From Terriglobia bacterium (lineage in GTDB: Bacteria > Acidobacteriota > Terriglobia > 20CM-2-55-15): DNA of 64,000 bases. Shown one piece after another: positions 60,223 to 64,000 of this stretch (the first letter of the stretch is position 1; every line of letters starts with the position of its first letter). The translations under genes and the position numbers were made by a program. Under the pieces are notes generated by a model. It did no database searches, had not been told where the DNA came from, and saw nothing but the letters and a program-made list of their open reading frames with translations. The DNA lies in contig CAXWPJ010000010.1 in assembly GCA_963664115.2 (NCBI GenBank), forward strand, positions 384,001 to 448,000, given 5' to 3'.

Positions 60223-61263
60223 ATGGTTCCGATCGTGCACTTCGTGGGCAGCATCCCGCTGCCCGATGCCGAAACCGTGTTTCGCGATCTTTCGGCTGCG
60301 GTCGGCCCGCACCTGGTCCGGCTGCCCGACGGCGAGACGGGTATCCGTAAAAGCTGGATAAAATTTCTTCAAGACGTTCTGGCTGATTCTCGAGCAATAG
60401 AAATCGCCGATGACGTGCCACCGTTTCAGTTCGTGCAGCATGACGGTAAGGTGGTGCGCGAAATCCCGCTGCTCCGGATCATAGCGGGCGAACAACCCAG
60501 AGCGGAGGACTTTGAAACCGGCTACGCAGCCATGGCCATCGAGTCCTGGGGAATGTTCGATCGCCTTCAGAACGACGGTGTCATCCCGGAGGGCGTCAAG
60601 TTTCAGATTTCCATCCCGACGCCCATCGCACCGACCTACAACAATATGGTCCCCGCAGACCGGTCCGCGCTGCTGCCGGAACTTACGAGACACTTCATCG
60701 GTGAGGTCACCATGATCGCCCAGAGCTTGCCGAACGATCGGATCGCGATCCAGTGGGACGTGTGCCAGGAGGTGCTGGCTTGGGAGGGTTACTATCCAGA
60801 AGGATCCATCGATTTCAAGACTGAGACTCTCGGAGTACTCACCGAGATCGGTGATGCCGTGCCCGAGGGAATCGATCTCGGCTACCATCTCTGCTACGGC
60901 AGCCCAGCGGACGAGCACATGGTGCTACCGACCGACAGCGGTATCATGGTCGATATCGCCAACGCCGTAATTCGGCGCGTTAATAGAACCATCGAGTATT
61001 TTCATATGCCGGTGATCCAGAATCGCAGCGACGACGCGTACTTCGAGCCGATGAAACAGTTGAATCTGAAACCGAGGACGGCCCTTTATCTTGGCCTCAT
61101 CCACCGCGAGGATCACCGAGGGAACGCGGCCCGGCTTGCCACCGCCCGCCGTCACACGCGGGTTGATGGCGTCAGTACTGAATGCGGCATGGCGCGCGGC
61201 AACCCGGAGGGGTTTCCGGCCTTGCTGGCGGACCACGCGGACACTGCGAAACTTGAGGTCTGA
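60223..61263 (+). CDS. MetE/UROD-like (cobalamin-independent methionine synthase II-like) protein
   Basis: HFVGSIP, LPDGETG, IQWD, HLCYG, TECG zinc ligands. Confidence 0.8.
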   Translation: MVPIVHFVGSIPLPDAETVFRDLSAAVGPHLVRLPDGETGIRKSWIKFLQDVLADSRAIEIADDVPPFQFVQHDGKVVREIPLLRIIAGEQPRAEDFETGYAAMAIESWGMFDRLQNDGVIPEGVKFQISIPTPIAPTYNNMVPADRSALLPELTRHFIGEVTMIAQSLPNDRIAIQWDVCQEVLAWEGYYPEGSIDFKTETLGVLTEIGDAVPEGIDLGYHLCYGSPADEHMVLPTDSGIMVDIANAVIRRVNRTIEYFHMPVIQNRSDDAYFEPMKQLNLKPRTALYLGLIHREDHRGNAARLATARRHTRVDGVSTECGMARGNPEGFPALLADHADTAKLEV

Positions 61264-61387
61264 GCTGAGGTCCGAGACAGCGCATATGGAGTACGTGAGA
61301 CTATCCGAACTGAGCGCAGAATCCACAGAAGCAGTGCGGTCATAGACCGCACGACAAGACACGCGGCAAAGCCGCGGGGAGTTATAG

Positions 61388-62266
61388 ATGACGCGAGCCC
61401 GTTTTGTTTTTTTCAATGTTCTTCTGGTTACAGCAATGGTGTTGCTGAGCGTTTCGGTGCTAAAGGCCCAGGGCCAGCCGGATTACGAGACCATAGAGGT
61501 CGCCGACAACGTTTACATCTTCCGCTACGGTGGCAGTCAGTCGATGTTTTTGGTGACTCCTGAGGGCGTCATCGCGACCGATCCGATTAACGCTCAGGCT
61601 TCGCGCGTCTATTTGGAGGAGATCCGGAAGCTTACCTCCGAGCCCGTGCGATACGTAGTCTACAGCCATCATCATCTGGACCACGTCAGCGGCGGCGCGG
61701 TGTTTAAGGAAGCGGGTGCCACTTTTGTTGCACAGAGGCAGGCCAAGGCGGCTCTTCTCAGTCTCGACTCACCGAACGTCGTGATTCCTGACCTTCTCGT
61801 GGACGATCAGTCGGTCCTGACTCTCGGCGGTATGGAGTTGGAGCTTAATTTCGTCGGACGGAATCACAGCGATAACAGCCTGGTCATGCGAGTGCCTGAC
61901 GCCGGGGTCATATTCGCGGTCGATTTCCTTCCGGTTCGGGAACTGCCGTTCCGTAATTTTCCCGATTCCTATCTCCTCGAATATTTCGAATCGATCGACC
62001 GGGTTCTGGCAATGGACTGGGATCGTATGATTGCCGGCCACAGCCGTCAGGGCGGAATCGGAACGAAGGACGATATCCGTGCGCTTAAGGTCTATCTCGA
62101 TGAACTGTTCGCTTTGGTCCGGACGGCGAACGCCGAGGGACAGTGCTTCGACCAGGCGTTCGAGGAAATTCAGCTTCCAAGCGTCGCCACAGACTGGATA
62201 CGCCAGGAGTTTCTGCCCGGCAACATCGAGCGGATGTGTTACTTCTTCAGAAACGGCTATCGGTAG
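61388..62266 (+). CDS. Secreted MBL-fold metallo-hydrolase
   Basis: SHHHLDH, NHSDN, FAVD, IAGH. Confidence 0.88.
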   Translation: MTRARFVFFNVLLVTAMVLLSVSVLKAQGQPDYETIEVADNVYIFRYGGSQSMFLVTPEGVIATDPINAQASRVYLEEIRKLTSEPVRYVVYSHHHLDHVSGGAVFKEAGATFVAQRQAKAALLSLDSPNVVIPDLLVDDQSVLTLGGMELELNFVGRNHSDNSLVMRVPDAGVIFAVDFLPVRELPFRNFPDSYLLEYFESIDRVLAMDWDRMIAGHSRQGGIGTKDDIRALKVYLDELFALVRTANAEGQCFDQAFEEIQLPSVATDWIRQEFLPGNIERMCYFFRNGYR

Positions 62267-62561
62267 CTACGAAGTGTGCCTGAATCACTATCGAGGTGAT
62301 TCGGGCGATTTCCGCACGCGTGCCGACGCCGTGGCGAACCGTGGGTGATGGTATCGATTTCATGGCAAGCGAATCTCTCGAGGGTTCTCCTCTGGTGTCC
62401 GATAAATCTTCGGAAGCGGAGTAGGGCGACGCCGGCGTCGACCTGACTCTTGTCCGCTGGATGCTTTCGCTGACTTCCGCCGAACCCTTACAGGTGTTGC
62501 AGGAAAACGTCCGTTCGATCGAGAAGCTCCGTGGCCGATTCGCCAACCGTTGACTGGAATC

Positions 62562-63122
62562 TCAGCCCAACAGTTCGCTGACCTTGAAGCTCACGTTCGG
62601 GAAAGCCAGGACTTGGACCGAATCATCAGGATCCAAAGTGACCTGGGTTTGGTAGGAATGGCTTGAAGGATCCCGGTATACGAGCAGCCGATTTGCCTCA
62701 AGATCCTCTATCCAGACTTCGGTAACATTCGCAGCCGCATAACGATGTAACTTAACGCCGCGGTCGTATGCCAGCGTCGTGTCGGAAATCTCAAGTACCA
62801 GGAGGGCGTCGGACGCTTCGATATTCTTACCCCGACAGGTGTCCTTTCGGGGCCGCAACAGAACAACGTCCGGTTGAGGTTCCGTGTAGTCACTCAGTTG
62901 CAGGGGATTTTGAACGCTGACGACGGCCCGTCCCCGGAACGCCTCGGCGAATACCTGCGTCGCCCCGTTTACACACCCGGCATGCCGGATGCCGATTGGG
63001 CTCATCTGGATGATCTCGCCGTCGATGAGCTCCACCCTATCCTCCGGGGCGAAAATGCCAGCGTCGGCCATCTTGTAATACTCTTCGACGGTAAACAGCT
63101 TCTTAGGTGCTTCGATTCGCAT
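62562..63122 (-). CDS. Uma2-family endonuclease
   Basis: RVELIDGEI, EPQPDV, LVLEISDTTLAYDRGVK. Confidence 0.92.
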   Translation of the reverse strand: MRIEAPKKLFTVEEYYKMADAGIFAPEDRVELIDGEIIQMSPIGIRHAGCVNGATQVFAEAFRGRAVVSVQNPLQLSDYTEPQPDVVLLRPRKDTCRGKNIEASDALLVLEISDTTLAYDRGVKLHRYAAANVTEVWIEDLEANRLLVYRDPSSHSYQTQVTLDPDDSVQVLAFPNVSFKVSELLG

Positions 63123-63278
63123 TTGGGATTTCCTGAGGGCTCAATCACACTCCGGCGCGGTGTGGATCGCATCAATACTCACTTCTGCTCCTGCAATCGA
63201 CCGTCCAGGGTTCGATCTGACGAAACTCTTGTGAAATTGGTGAAGCTTCAGATGGGAAGTCGTTATTTGTTTGGACTA

Positions 63279-64000
63279 GGAGTCTGCGCGGCAGAAGGAC
63301 GGAAATTGGGCGGATAAAGATCGAAGATAGGTCATGGCACGAACCTATCGGACTTATCGCCCAGAACAAACACTGCTGATACCACCGTCGTTGAGAGATT
63401 GGTTGGCCGAAGATCACCTGTCGTACTTCATATCGGACGTGGTGGACGCGATGGATTTGAGCGCGTTCGAACAGCGGTATGGAACCGACGGTCCGGGCAA
63501 TCAGGCGTTTGATCCGCGGATGATGGTGAAGGTGCTGATTTATGGGTACGCGACCGGAGTGTTCTCGTCCAGGAAGATCGCGGCGAAGTTGACCGACGAC
63601 GTGGCGTTCCGGATGTTGGGAGCGGAGAACTTTCCGGCGCACCGAACGATCTCGGATTTTCGCAAACTGCATCTTGAGGAGTTCGGAAACCTGTTTGTGC
63701 AAGTGGTGATGATGGCGCGGGAAGCGGGACTGGTGAAGATGGGAACCGTGGCGGTGGACGGGACCAAGATGCGGGCGAATGCAAGCAAACGCAAAGCGAT
63801 GAGCTATGAACGGATGAAGAAGCAGGAGACCGAATTGGGTGAACAGATTCGGGATCTGTTGAACCGGGCCGAGGCGACCGATGAGGACGAAGACCAGCGA
63901 TACGGCAAGGACCGGCGCGGAGACGAACTGCCCGAGGGGTTGTCGACCCGCAAGAAGCGATTGGCCACGATACAGGCGGCCATGAAGCGGCTCGAAGAAC
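63279..64000 (+). mobile_element. IS1182-family element; transposase starts at 63334 and runs off the window end
   Basis: Not in the ORF track. MARTYRTYRPEQTLLIPPSLRDWL...YGYATGVFSSRKI...AHRTISDFRK...AVDGTKMRANASK; left end follows ACTAG and is approximate. Confidence 0.9.

Overview
A 64-kb, roughly 59% GC accessory region. Its gene content (VWA, DUF4159, DUF6152, Oar-type TonB receptors, Ser/Thr kinase tails ending NWFEELK) suggests Acidobacteriota, which is an inference. Bases 1-19 kb are mostly ordinary genes: an ECF sigma/anti-sigma operon, a GNAT, a B12 radical SAM, a sirtuin, an M16 peptidase pair, Sel1 and DUF1566 lipoproteins, an MBL hydrolase and a MarR-FeS-NmrA operon, plus an IS630. 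From about 19.5 to 55.5 kb the DNA is cut into modules by a conserved ~40-bp site, TTCTCA-AGTCCTGA(G/T/C)AA-ATCATC-TT(C/G)TCGGAC(G/A)T-TGAGAA. There are 7 direct copies and 3 inverted half-copies, with an 11-6-11 tyrosine-recombinase/dif-like layout and an invariant spacer. The sites are repeatedly flanked by the last codons of a Ser/Thr kinase gene upstream, or by a conserved promoter and the first codons of such a kinase downstream, with unrelated cargo in between. This looks like an undescribed cassette array of hollowed-out kinase genes. No recombinase is present in the window. Two different IS110/IS1111 elements sit inside copies of the site, and their non-coding ends carry readable bridge-RNA-like guide segments matching it. 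Also present: group II intron remnants, IS256, two IS1380 copies, IS30 and IS1182 pieces, an orphan 47-aa RiPP-like peptide, two Tat-exported ThDP enzyme + cytochrome c pairs, and several disrupted genes.
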